Below are positions 16,945 through 28,063 of a DNA stretch of 62,358 bases, in pieces; position 1 is the stretch's first letter; each line of letters starts with the position of its first letter. Source of the stretch: Acidimicrobiia bacterium. Lineage in GTDB: Bacteria; Actinomycetota; Acidimicrobiia; Spongiisociales; ZC4RG35. The notes under the pieces were generated by a model. That model saw only the letters and a list, made by a program, of their open reading frames with translations, had not been told where the DNA came from and made no database searches. The stretch spans positions 1-62,358 of the forward strand of contig JBHJOH010000050.1 of assembly GCA_050329955.1 (NCBI GenBank), in the 5' to 3' direction. A program made the translations under genes and the position numbers.

Positions 16945-19002
16945 TCACTCCGCCTTGGCGGGACGATCGATGCCCGCCACCTGGTAGGCGTCGGCCTCTT
17001 CGAGGGTCTCCTTGATCAGCAGCGCCTCGGTCAGCGCATCGAGCTTGTCCCGATACTGCTCGAGCTGCTCGACGGCGGCGATGTAGCACTCGTCGATGAT
17101 GCGGCGGATCTCGGTGTCGACCAGCTCCATGGTCGACTCCGACACCTGTGGCCGTCCGAAGGCGTCGACGGTGCGTTCATCGAACACGGTCACCGGTCCG
17201 ATCGCCTCGGACATGCCCCACCGCCCGACCATGTTCCGGGCCAGGCCGGTGGCCTGCACCATGTCGGATTCCGAACCGGTCGAGACGTTGCCGTACACGA
17301 CCTCCTCGGCGGCCCGACCACCCAACATTCCGGTGATCTTGCCGAGCAGGTACTCGGTGCCGTACGAGTACTTGTCGGAGTCCGGGGACTGGAAGGTGAC
17401 ACCGAGCGCCCGGCCGCGGGGGACGATCGAGATCTTGCGCACCGGGTCGGCCCCTTCCTGCAGCATTCCGAGCAGGGCGTGGCCGGACTCGTGGAACGCC
17501 GTGCGCTCCTTCTCTTCCTGGCTCATCATGATCCGGCGCTCGGTCCCGAGCACGATCTTCTCGAGGGCGTCGGTGAAGTCGCCCAGCATCACCTTGTCGT
17601 GGTCGCGGCGGGCCGCCATCAGGGCGGCTTCGTTCACCAGGTTCTGGAGGTCGGCGCCCACCATGCCCGGGGTGGTGGAGGCGATGGCGTTGAGGTCGAC
17701 GTCATCGCCCAACGGCACCCCGCGGGTGTGGACCTCGAGGATGGCCCTTCGGCCCACCTGATCGGGCGGGCTCACCGGCACCTGCCGGTCGAAGCGGCCC
17801 GGACGGAGCAGGGCCGAGTCGAGGATCTCGGGGCGGTTGGTGGCGGCGATCACGATCACGCCCTCGGCGCCGGTGAACCCGTCCATCTCGGTGAGGATCT
17901 GGTTGAGGGTCTGCTCGCGTTCGTCGTGCCCGCCCAGCGACATGCCGCCACCACGGGCCCGGCCGATGGCGTCGAGCTCGTCGATGAAGATGATGGCCGG
18001 GGCCACCGCCTTGGCCTGATTGAACAGGTCTCGCACCCGGCTGGCGCCAACACCCACGACCATTTCGATGAACTCGGACGCCGACATAGAGAAGAACGGG
18101 ACGTTGGCCTCTCCGGCAACCGCCCTTGCCAGCAACGTCTTGCCGGTGCCGGGCTGGCCCGACAGCAGCACGCCCTTGGGGATACGCCCGCCGAGCTTGG
18201 TGTACTTGCCGGGGTTCTTGAGGAAGTCGACGATTTCCACCAGCTCTTCCTCGGCATCTTCGATCCCGGCGACATCGGCGAAGGTGGTTCGCTGCTCGGT
18301 GGCCTCGTAGCGCTTGGCCTTGCTGCGTCCAAGGCCCCCGATGCCGCCCATGGCCGACCCGGCCCGCTTGTACATGTAATAAATGAAGAAGGCGATCAGC
18401 AGCCACGGCCCGAAGTTGAACAGCACGAGCTGCCAGGTGGGAAGCGGCTGATCGGGGTCCTCGGCGTTGACCTCGACATCCAGTTCCACCAGCGTGGACA
18501 GCAGGTCGTCCTCGGCGAACGACGGCCGCTCGGTCTCGATGCGGCTGCTCGTCAGATCCTCCACGTCGGGATCGGCGATCTCCTCGACCAGGCGGGCGGT
18601 GATGGTCTGCCCGGTCGACGTGACCGACTCGACGTTGCCGCTCCGCAGCTCCTCGAGGAAATCGGTGTACGAGACCCGGATCGCCTCCTCGGGCTGGAGC
18701 AGGGCGTTGGAGACGACGATGTTCACCACCAGCAACCCGGCGAGGATGATCCACAGCCAGCGGGCTCCGGGGGGAGTCGGGAAGCGCCCCTTTGCCTTTT
18801 CCTCGGTCTGGGGTGGATCCTTGGGCATGCCCTCGACACGCCATCCAGGCGGGCTCGGGGGTGTGTCTGGCTTCTGCGGGCTTCGTGTCGTCATGGCTGT
18901 GCAGTCAATGGTACCGATGGCGCCGACTTGGGAGAAGGCACCCGTGGGGGCGTCTGAAGCAGTGCTTGCCCAGGGTGCCAGCGAAGACGGGTGAGGAGAC
19001 AT
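16945..19002 (-). CDS. FtsH-family ATP-dependent zinc metalloprotease (second paralogue)
   Basis: [14 protein letters not shown] (Walker A), IIFIDELD (Walker B), HESGHAL (HExxH). The first ~36 codons have poor GC3, so the true start is more likely ATG 18894 or ATG 18828 ([11 protein letters not shown]...). Confidence 0.85.
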   Translation of the reverse strand: MSPHPSSLAPWASTASDAPTGAFSQVGAIGTIDCTAMTTRSPQKPDTPPSPPGWRVEGMPKDPPQTEEKAKGRFPTPPGARWLWIILAGLLVVNIVVSNALLQPEEAIRVSYTDFLEELRSGNVESVTSTGQTITARLVEEIADPDVEDLTSSRIETERPSFAEDDLLSTLVELDVEVNAEDPDQPLPTWQLVLFNFGPWLLIAFFIYYMYKRAGSAMGGIGGLGRSKAKRYEATEQRTTFADVAGIEDAEEELVEIVDFLKNPGKYTKLGGRIPKGVLLSGQPGTGKTLLARAVAGEANVPFFSMSASEFIEMVVGVGASRVRDLFNQAKAVAPAIIFIDELDAIGRARGGGMSLGGHDEREQTLNQILTEMDGFTGAEGVIVIAATNRPEILDSALLRPGRFDRQVPVSPPDQVGRRAILEVHTRGVPLGDDVDLNAIASTTPGMVGADLQNLVNEAALMAARRDHDKVMLGDFTDALEKIVLGTERRIMMSQEEKERTAFHESGHALLGMLQEGADPVRKISIVPRGRALGVTFQSPDSDKYSYGTEYLLGKITGMLGGRAAEEVVYGNVSTGSESDMVQATGLARNMVGRWGMSEAIGPVTVFDERTVDAFGRPQVSESTMELVDTEIRRIIDECYIAAVEQLEQYRDKLDALTEALLIKETLEEADAYQVAGIDRPAKAE

Positions 19003-19048
19003 CCCCCGGGAGGATCGCGGAACGCCGACCCGTCCGGTTCGCAGACCC

Positions 19049-19100
19049 GACCCCGGGCCGGGTGGAGGGAGAGAGAGGAGAACGATCCCGGCCCGGGGTC
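19049..19100. other. 14-bp perfect GC hairpin with a purine-only 24-nt loop in the divergent ftsH-like/polX intergenic region
   Basis: GACCCCGGGCCGGG - TGGAGGGAGAGAGAGGAGAACGAT - CCCGGCCCGGGGTC, read directly. Confidence 0.5.
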
Positions 19101-19217
19101 CTGGTCTGTCGATGGGGACAAGCTACGGGAGCGGGTGTAAAGGTCGTCTCAAGCCATTCGCAGGATGGTCTGAGTGTTCGGGACGGCAGCCTGCCGGTGC
19201 CCGGATAGTCTGGACCG

Positions 19218-20948
19218 ATGCCCACCAATCGAGACGTTCTGGCCATGCTGGCCGAACTGGCCAAGCTCACGGTCCTCGACGAGGAGAGTCCGCAGAGCTT
19301 CAAGGTGCGTGCCTACGAGAACGCCCTGCACGGGATCGAGGGTGCCACCGGCGACGTGACGGCCATGGCGATCGCCGAGTTGGTGAAGCTGAAAGGGGTC
19401 GGCAAGTCCATCGCCGAGAAGATCCGAGAGTTCGTCGACACCGGCTCGGTGGCCAAGCTCGAACAACTCCGGGCCGCCTATCCGCCTGCCTTCGTCGAGC
19501 TGACCAAGATCCCCGGCCTGGGTCCCAAGACCCTCAAGCTGATCCGGCGCGAACTGGGTGTGGAGACGCTCGAGGACCTGCAGGCGGCGATCGCCGGCCA
19601 GACCCTGCGTACGCTGCCTGGCCTGGGAGCCACCAGCGAGGAGAAGATCTCGAAGGCCATCGAACGCCTCGGTCTGCACGGCAAGGACCGCCGCACCCCG
19701 ATCTCGGAGGCGATGCCGTTGGCGGAACGTCTGGTCGCCGACCTGACCGCCCTGCCGGGCGTGACCGCCACCGAGTACTGCGGCAGCCTGCGCAGGCTGT
19801 CGGAGACGATCGGAGATGTCGATGTGACGGTGGCCTCCAACGACCCACAGCCGGTCATGGACTTCGTCGCCACCCATGGGGTGGTTTCGGAGGTGATCGC
19901 CCACGGTGCCACCAAGACCTCGATCCTGACCCGCGAGGGGCTCCAGGTGGACGTGCGGGTGGTTGCACCCGACCAGTTCGGCTCGGCCACCCTCTACTTC
20001 ACGGGATCGAAGAGCCACAACATCGCCCTCCGTCAGAAGGCGATCGACCGGGGCTGGCTGCTCAACGAGTACGGGCTGATCGACAAGGAGTCGGGCACGG
20101 TTATCGCCTCGGCCACCGAGCAGGAGATCTACGCCGCCCTGGGACTGGCCTACATCCCGCCTCCGATGCGGGAGGCCACCGGTGAGATCGAGGCTGCCGC
20201 CGGGGACATGATCGACCTGGTCACCGTGGATGCGATCCGTGGCGACCTCCACTATCACACCACCCGATCGGGCGACGGGCGATCCAGCCTGGAGGAGATG
20301 GTCGAGGCGGCGATCGACCGTGGCTACGAGTATGTCGCCATCACCGACCACGGCGAGGACCTCTCGATCAACGGGTCGACCCGAGAGCAGATGCTGGCCC
20401 ACCGTGACGCCATCGCCCGCATCCAGGAGTCCCACCCCGAGATTGCGCTCCTGTTCGGGTGTGAGCTCAACATCGATGCCAAGGGTGGCCTCGACTAAGA
20501 CCCGGACTTCCGGGCGCTGTTCGATTTCACCGTCGCCTCTGTCCACTCGCACTTCGATCTGGCGGCTGCCAAACAAACCGAGCGGTTGCTGACCGCCATG
20601 GCCGATCCCTCGGTGAACGTGATCGGTCACCTCACCGGCCGGTACATCGGCCGACGACCCGGGATCGAACTCGACCTGGACGCGGTGCTGGAGGGTCTCG
20701 CCATCAGCGGGGTGGCGCTCGAGGTGAACGGCGCCCTCGAGCGGCTCGACGCCTCGGCCGAGGTCATCCGCAAGGCCGTGGCCCGGGGAGTCAGTCTGAC
20801 GATCTCCACTGACAGCCACCACACCTCCGAACTGGGGCGCATGAAGTACGGCGTCCTCAACGCCCAGCGGGGGTGGGCGCCGGCGGCGTCGGTGATCAAC
20901 ACGTTGCCGTCCGCCCAGTTCCTGGAGTGGGCATCCCGACGCGGCTGA
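19218..20948 (+). pseudogene. polX: Family X DNA polymerase with a C-terminal PHP domain (PolX), interrupted by one in-frame TAA at 20496-20498
   Basis: ORFs 19218..20498 and 20586..20948 are in the same frame. The codons right after the TAA read DPDFRALFDFTVASVHSHFDL...GHLTGR...TDSHH, which continues the PHP domain begun at DLHYHTTRSGDG...ITDHG. Confidence 0.8.
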
Positions 20949-20975
20949 TCCGACCTCCGCTGGGACGCCGGTCGA

Positions 20976-21440
20976 TCAGTCGGCGAGTCGGGGCGGGAAT
21001 CCGCCGGTGGCGATCGGCCCCCAGGCGGTTGGCTCGATGGTGATGAGGCTTTTGTGCTGGGTGCGCATCGCCTGGCGGTACTCGTCCCAGTCGGGGTGCT
21101 CGCCGGAGATGCAGCGGAAGTACTCGACGAGTCCGTCCTCCGCCTCGGGCATGTCGGTGACGGTGGCGATGCCGTCGACCTGGACCCAGGCTCCACCGAA
21201 GTCGTCGCTCAGGACGCACACCGAGGCTCGGGGGTTCCGGCGCAGGTTCCGGATCTTGTCGCGCTCGGGATAGGTGGAGATCACCAGCAGGCCGTCGCCG
21301 TTCACCCCGCCCGTGACCGGCGACATCTGGGAGATTCCCCCGGAACGCACCGTGGACAGGATCCAGTGGTGGCGTGGGCGTACGAACTCGAGCAGTCCGG
21401 CCCGGTAGATTGCGGTTGTGGTGGCGATGCTTCGTGCCAT
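20976..21440 (-). CDS. PPOX-class (pyridoxamine 5'-phosphate oxidase-like), probably F420-dependent, enzyme
   Basis: 154 aa from MARSIATTTAIYRAG...VISTYPERDKIRNLRRNPRASVCVL, a split-barrel family pattern. The upstream part of ORF 20976..21860 is rejected. Confidence 0.7.
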   Translation of the reverse strand: MARSIATTTAIYRAGLLEFVRPRHHWILSTVRSGGISQMSPVTGGVNGDGLLVISTYPERDKIRNLRRNPRASVCVLSDDFGGAWVQVDGIATVTDMPEAEDGLVEYFRCISGEHPDWDEYRQAMRTQHKSLITIEPTAWGPIATGGFPPRLAD

Positions 21441-21509
21441 GACCCGACCATAGGCCGCGGCCGGCAACGAAACGCTCGCACTGCATCCCATATCGGGGAC
21501 AATGGGCGA

Positions 21510-22079
21510 ATGCGGACCCGACGACTCGCCGTGCTGGTGGCGCTGGTGCCAGGCCTGATGGTGATGTCGGCTGCCCCCGCCCACGCCTGTGAGCCCCTCC
21601 CCGACCCGTCGTTCGAACAGGCGGTCGCCAACGACGGGGTGGTGGGGGTGGTCGAACGGGAGACGCTGGCCTCGAATCCGCTCCCGTGGGGAACGTCGGT
21701 CTCGGTGGTGACCCGCATCTGGGGGGGCATCAGGGCGGATCGGTGGAAGGTGAGCAACATGGGCTTCAACGACTGCCCCGACGACCCGGTGCGATCGCCC
21801 GGGAGTTTCGAGTACGACTTTCGTGGTGCCGAGGCGGAGTGGGACGGTGTCCAGTCGCACATCGGCTCACCGCTGGAGCTGCCGGAGAACGACCTGGCGT
21901 TGGTGGTCGCCGAGTTCGGCCCGTCCGAGGCGTTCACCGTGGGAGGTGTCGACCGGTTCATGGCCCACGTGAGGGTCTTCGGGTTCGAGTTGACGGTTGC
22001 CATCGCCGTCCTCATCGTGGCGATAGTGGCGTTGATCCGGCGTCGGATTCGCAAGCGGTACGACCGCACCCTGTTCTGA
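21510..22079 (+). CDS. Hypothetical secreted protein with a C-terminal membrane anchor
   Basis: Signal peptide MRTRRLAVLVALVPGLMVMSAAPAHA and C-terminal TM FELTVAIAVLIVAIVALI followed by RRRIRKR. Confidence 0.6.
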   Translation: MRTRRLAVLVALVPGLMVMSAAPAHACEPLPDPSFEQAVANDGVVGVVERETLASNPLPWGTSVSVVTRIWGGIRADRWKVSNMGFNDCPDDPVRSPGSFEYDFRGAEAEWDGVQSHIGSPLELPENDLALVVAEFGPSEAFTVGGVDRFMAHVRVFGFELTVAIAVLIVAIVALIRRRIRKRYDRTLF

Positions 22080-22107
22080 ACGTCCCGTGAAGGTCCGCCG
22101 GCCGGGA

Positions 22108-23310
22108 TCAGTCGAGCGTGCCGTCGGCCAGGTCGGCGAAGGTTGCCTCGGCGAAGGACTCGTTGAGCCTCACGACCGATGCTCCACCCGAGGTGGTGGC
22201 GTTGGAACCCTCGAGCACCAGGTTCGAGATCCCGGTCAGATTCACCTCGTTGGCGGCGAGGGCGAACCGGAGCATCCGGTCGGGAGTGAGGTCGGTGATG
22301 AGCCACTCCTCGGTGCTGGCGATGATCTCGGGGAACGCCAGCGGGCCCCGCAATTTGGCGCCGCCCAGGGCGGCGATCAGCACCAGCCCGCCGTTGAACT
22401 GGCGCTGGAAGTCGCCGCTCGTGAACGCCTTGCGGGTGCGGGCGAAGGCAAGGGCGTCACGCCCGTCGACCACCTGGACACCGGCGGTGAAGTCGGCCTT
22501 GGCCGAACGGTCGCGGAAGGTGTACGGGATGTCGATCTCGAAGGGGCCGAGGGCGTCGTCGACCATCCGCTCAAACCCTTCGAAGCCGGTCACTGCATAG
22601 CCATCCAGTTCCAGCCCGCTCAGCTCCTCGAAGGTGGCCATCATCATCTCGGGTCCACCCTCGGACAGCGCCGCGTTGATCTTGGACGTTCCATAGCCGG
22701 GGATCGGCACCCAGGAGTCCCGGGGGATGCCGACGACTGCGGCCCCACCGCGACCGTCCATGCCGACGATGTGGATCGAGTCGGCCCTGGTGGCGGCGAC
22801 GTCCTCGCCCTTGCGGGCATCCGAGCCGACCACCGCAAGAAGGATCGGGTCGTCGCTGTACCACGGGTCGACGCCGATCGAGGGGGCACGCCCGGCGACG
22901 AGCTGCCAGCCATCGCCGTCGTCGACGAGCCCGAGCAGGTCATCACCCGACTCGAACACGGCGATTCGTGATCCCTGGTAGTCGGCCAACGCCGCCACGC
23001 CCTCGACGGTGGGAAGCTCCGGATGGGAACCGGGCTGGGGGAGCAGCGGCGCCTCCACACCGGCCGGCTCTCGGGCTTGGTTACCGTTGGCGTAGCCGTA
23101 GTACGACGCTAGGTACTGTTGAAGAGCGTCATCCGCACCTTCAACCTCAACTACAGGTTGAAGAGTTGTGGTAGTGGTTGGAGCGGTTGTGGTGGTGGTC
23201 GGAGCCGTGGTGCTGGTGGTTGCAACCGTGGTCACGGCTGCGTCGGCACCGGTGCAGCCGGCCAGCAGTACGACCACCATCGCCAGCGATATGAGTCTGG
23301 GCATGGACAC
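22108..23310 (-). CDS. LytR-CpsA-Psr (LCP) family cell-envelope phosphotransferase, lipoprotein-type signal
   Basis: LLAGC lipobox, Thr/Pro-rich linker, LCP core LLAVVGSDAR...RADSIHIVG...GIPRDSWVPIPGYGTSKINAA. Confidence 0.85.
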   Translation of the reverse strand: MSMPRLISLAMVVVLLAGCTGADAAVTTVATTSTTAPTTTTTAPTTTTTLQPVVEVEGADDALQQYLASYYGYANGNQAREPAGVEAPLLPQPGSHPELPTVEGVAALADYQGSRIAVFESGDDLLGLVDDGDGWQLVAGRAPSIGVDPWYSDDPILLAVVGSDARKGEDVAATRADSIHIVGMDGRGGAAVVGIPRDSWVPIPGYGTSKINAALSEGGPEMMMATFEELSGLELDGYAVTGFEGFERMVDDALGPFEIDIPYTFRDRSAKADFTAGVQVVDGRDALAFARTRKAFTSGDFQRQFNGGLVLIAALGGAKLRGPLAFPEIIASTEEWLITDLTPDRMLRFALAANEVNLTGISNLVLEGSNATTSGGASVVRLNESFAEATFADLADGTLD

Positions 23311-23352
23311 TCCCCCGAGTCGGTACCCCTCCGCCGCCGGGCAGCGTAGCGC

Positions 23353-23807
23353 TCAGTCGAGCTGGAAGATCCACCAGTCCCCGGCCCACATACTGCGCAC
23401 AGCCAGCACGGCGCCGCCCACCACCCGGGATGTGATGACGAAGTTGTTGTCGGGCCCCGCCACCACCGCCGGATGCTCTCCCGCCGCCACCAGATCAACG
23501 GCCCCGATCGTCCATTCGAGGTGTTCCGGCAGGTCCACCTCGAGCCGTCGGGACTCCGGTACACGGCGAGGTCGGGGTCCCGCGCCCAGTTCAACCCCAC
23601 CCGGTAGACCAGCCGGGCTGGTTGTTCATCCAACGCACCGTTCGCCACCGCTCGAAGGCCCGGGCCATGGCCTCATCGGCCGCTTCGGCGCCCAGCGTGC
23701 GGTCGCGCAGCGTGATGGCGAGGGCGGTGCGCCACCGGTTCGCGGTGGGTTCGATAGAAGTCCTCGAACCGCTCGTGGCGGGCTCTGGTGATGGTCTGAT
23801 CGGGCAC
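23353..23807 (-). pseudogene. ECF sigma-70-like remnant broken by several frameshifts
   Basis: From GTG 23807: VPDQTITRARHERFEDFYRTHREPV (frame a), then RWRTALAITLRDRTLGAEAADEAMARAFERWRTVR (frame b), then QPARLVYRVGLNWARD (frame a). Together these give a sigma region-2 pattern readable only by switching frames. No region 4 recognised. Confidence 0.4.
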
Positions 23808-23955
23808 GGTCTCTCATATGGTTGTCGACAGACGGATCGCGACGCGAAAAGGTTCCCGTGGTTGGGTGGGCAGGTCCCGGCCGGGCGGGTTCGAAACCCG
23901 GGGGCGGCCTGCATATACTCCCGCCCACACAAACGACCCCTGGGAGAGAACCGCG

Positions 23956-26049
<2,094 letters not shown>

Positions 26050-26067
26050 TCCGAACAGAACCGGTCG

Positions 26068-26108
26068 AACGGCGGGGGACCACTCCGGTCACCCGCCGTT
26101 GGCCTTTT
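26068..26108 (+). terminator. Rho-independent terminator after hppA
   Basis: AACGGCGGGGGACC-ACTCC-GGTCACCCGCCGTT (14 bp, 1 mismatch) followed by GGCCTTTT. Confidence 0.7.
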
Positions 26109-26140
26109 CAACCCTGACCGTGTCGTAACCTCCCACTCGC

Positions 26141-27367
26141 ATGTCTGTCTCCATCACCCTCGTCCGCCATGGCCGTTCCGAGGCCAACGAAGCCAACCTG
26201 TGGCAGGGCCAGGGCGACGCCGCCCTTTCGCCCGCCGGCCGTCAACAGGCAGAGGCTCTGGGGCGCCGCCTCGGTGGCCGCTCCTTCGACCTGGTGGTAT
26301 CTTCCGACCTCGAGCGTGCCCACGCCACCGCCCGGGCGGTCGACCCGACGGCCGAAACCGATCCCGCCTGGCGCGAGATGGACCTGGGAAGCTGGGAGGG
26401 CCGCAGCTTCGAAGAGGTGGCGGCGCGTCACCCCGATCTGCTCGGCGCCATCCGCAACGGTGAGGCCGTTGCCTTCGGCGAGACCGGGGAGACGATCTCC
26501 GACTTCGAACAACGAGCCTGGGCCGCGCTCGACCTGCTCGCCGGGAGGCTCGAGGATGGAGCCTCGGCGATGGTCGCCACCCACGGGGGCATCATCGACG
26601 CCATCCTCGGTCGCTACCTGGGGCGGGTGCAGGGCAAGCGCACCTATCCGATCGTCACCAACACGTCGCTGACGGTGCTTCAGGGGGAGCCCGGCGCCCT
26701 CCGTCTCAAGTCCTTCAACGACGCCACCCATCTCGGCATCGACGTCGGTTTCCTGGGAAGGATGCGTGAAGACGGCATACCCGTGGTGGCCTTCGTCCGC
26801 CACGGGGTGACGGCCGCCAACAAAGAAGGCCGCATCCAGGGCCAGTCGTGTTGGGGGCTCGACCGGGAAGGCCTCATGCAGGCCAAGCGGCTCGCCAAGT
26901 GGTACCCGCGACCCGATCGGGTGGTCTCGTCCCCGCTGCAACGGGCTCTGGAAACCGCCATCAGCTTCGGACGGCCGATCGAAGAGGCACCCGAGGTGAT
27001 GGAGATGGCGTTCGGGGAGTGGGAGGGCACCACCAGCGCCAGCCTGGCGGGCGACGACGCCGCCGTGCGGATCTACCGGCACGGCGAGGATCTGCCCCGG
27101 GGCGGCCACGGTGAGACCTTCATGCAGGTGGTGGAGCGAATGGGCTCGTTCCTGGGTGCCATGGCGGTCGAGCCCGACCAGCGCACGGTGGTGGTCTCGC
27201 ACGGCGCCGCCATCCGGGCGCTCGTCGCCGCCGTCCACGAGCGGGGCAACGACATCAACGACAACCTGGCCGTTCCCGACAACACCAGCGTCACCCACGT
27301 CGTCCTCAGCCCCGACGGACCCGTCCTCGCCGACTATGCGCTCTCCCCGCACCTGGAGGTCATATGA
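26141..27367 (+). CDS. Tandem (duplicated) histidine phosphatase / phosphoglycerate-mutase-family protein
   Basis: Two RHG motifs: LVRHGRSEAN (N-terminal domain) and FVRHGVTAAN (C-terminal domain). Confidence 0.8.
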   Translation: MSVSITLVRHGRSEANEANLWQGQGDAALSPAGRQQAEALGRRLGGRSFDLVVSSDLERAHATARAVDPTAETDPAWREMDLGSWEGRSFEEVAARHPDLLGAIRNGEAVAFGETGETISDFEQRAWAALDLLAGRLEDGASAMVATHGGIIDAILGRYLGRVQGKRTYPIVTNTSLTVLQGEPGALRLKSFNDATHLGIDVGFLGRMREDGIPVVAFVRHGVTAANKEGRIQGQSCWGLDREGLMQAKRLAKWYPRPDRVVSSPLQRALETAISFGRPIEEAPEVMEMAFGEWEGTTSASLAGDDAAVRIYRHGEDLPRGGHGETFMQVVERMGSFLGAMAVEPDQRTVVVSHGAAIRALVAAVHERGNDINDNLAVPDNTSVTHVVLSPDGPVLADYALSPHLEVI

Positions 27368-27948
27368 GCACGTCCTACGACTCGCAGCGCTACGCCCGCG
27401 TCAACCGGTGGGATCGCCGCCACGAACAGACGGTGAAGCGGCACCTCGACCCCCGCCCCGGCGAGCGTGTGCTGGAAGTGGGCTGCGGCCGTGGGCATCT
27501 CACCAGGGTGCTGGCCGAATCGGGGGTCGACGTGGTGGGCATCGACGCCAACCCCCGCGCCGCTGAGGTGGCCGTCTCGGACCGGGTGCAGCACATGTAC
27601 GGCGAGGCGCTCGACTTTCCCGACGCCTCGTTCCAGAAGATCGTCTCGGTGCACGCCATCGAACACATCCCCGACCTGGAAGGCGCCCTCGATGAGATGT
27701 CGCGGGTGTTGGAGCCGGGTGGGCGGGCGCTGTTCATCTACCCCGCCGAGCCCATCCAGGGGATCTGGGCGGTGCCGACCGCGGTCATCCTGCACCGCAA
27801 TCCCTTGAAGGCCCGTCAGGTCCACTGCCAATGGTTGTGGCCAGCCAAACTGCGGAGGATGACCGAGAGTCGCGGCTTCGTGCATGTGCACTCCGAGTTC
27901 AATCTTCTATCGACGCCGCAGTTCGTGACCCTGGTCGAGCGGAGATAG
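27364..27948 (+). CDS. Class I SAM-dependent methyltransferase
   Basis: VLEVGCGRGHL motif I. ATGA overlap with the upstream phosphatase gene. Confidence 0.8.
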   Translation: MSTSYDSQRYARVNRWDRRHEQTVKRHLDPRPGERVLEVGCGRGHLTRVLAESGVDVVGIDANPRAAEVAVSDRVQHMYGEALDFPDASFQKIVSVHAIEHIPDLEGALDEMSRVLEPGGRALFIYPAEPIQGIWAVPTAVILHRNPLKARQVHCQWLWPAKLRRMTESRGFVHVHSEFNLLSTPQFVTLVERR

Positions 27949-27951
27949 CCA

Positions 27952-27985
27952 CCAGCTTCCAGCTGCCAGCTTCCAGCCAGAAGCC
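27952..27985. repeat. Heptamer word array CCAGCTT-CCAGCTG-CCAGCTT-CCAGCCAGAAGCC directly after the methyltransferase stop
   Basis: Read directly. Shares words with 44788-44803, 44949-44975 and 30788-30835. Confidence 0.6.
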
Positions 27986-28063
27986 GATCGCGAACGCCGC
28001 GCCCCCCGGAACCGGATGGCGGGCGTGCGACGTCCTATTGCCATCCAATCGCAAAGGACAGCC

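Noticed and set aside
20496-20498. Selenocysteine or pyrrolysine recoding at the PolX in-frame stop.
   Set aside because: The codon is TAA, not TGA or TAG. No SECIS-like hairpin is needed to explain it. A nonsense mutation, a sequencing error or generic read-through remain the options.
19149-20822. 557-aa ORF antisense to PolX, which bridges the TAA site.
   Set aside because: No motifs and a biased composition. The PolX frame shows HhH, polymerase-X and PHP signatures. The fact that it spans the PolX stop is not evidence that it codes.
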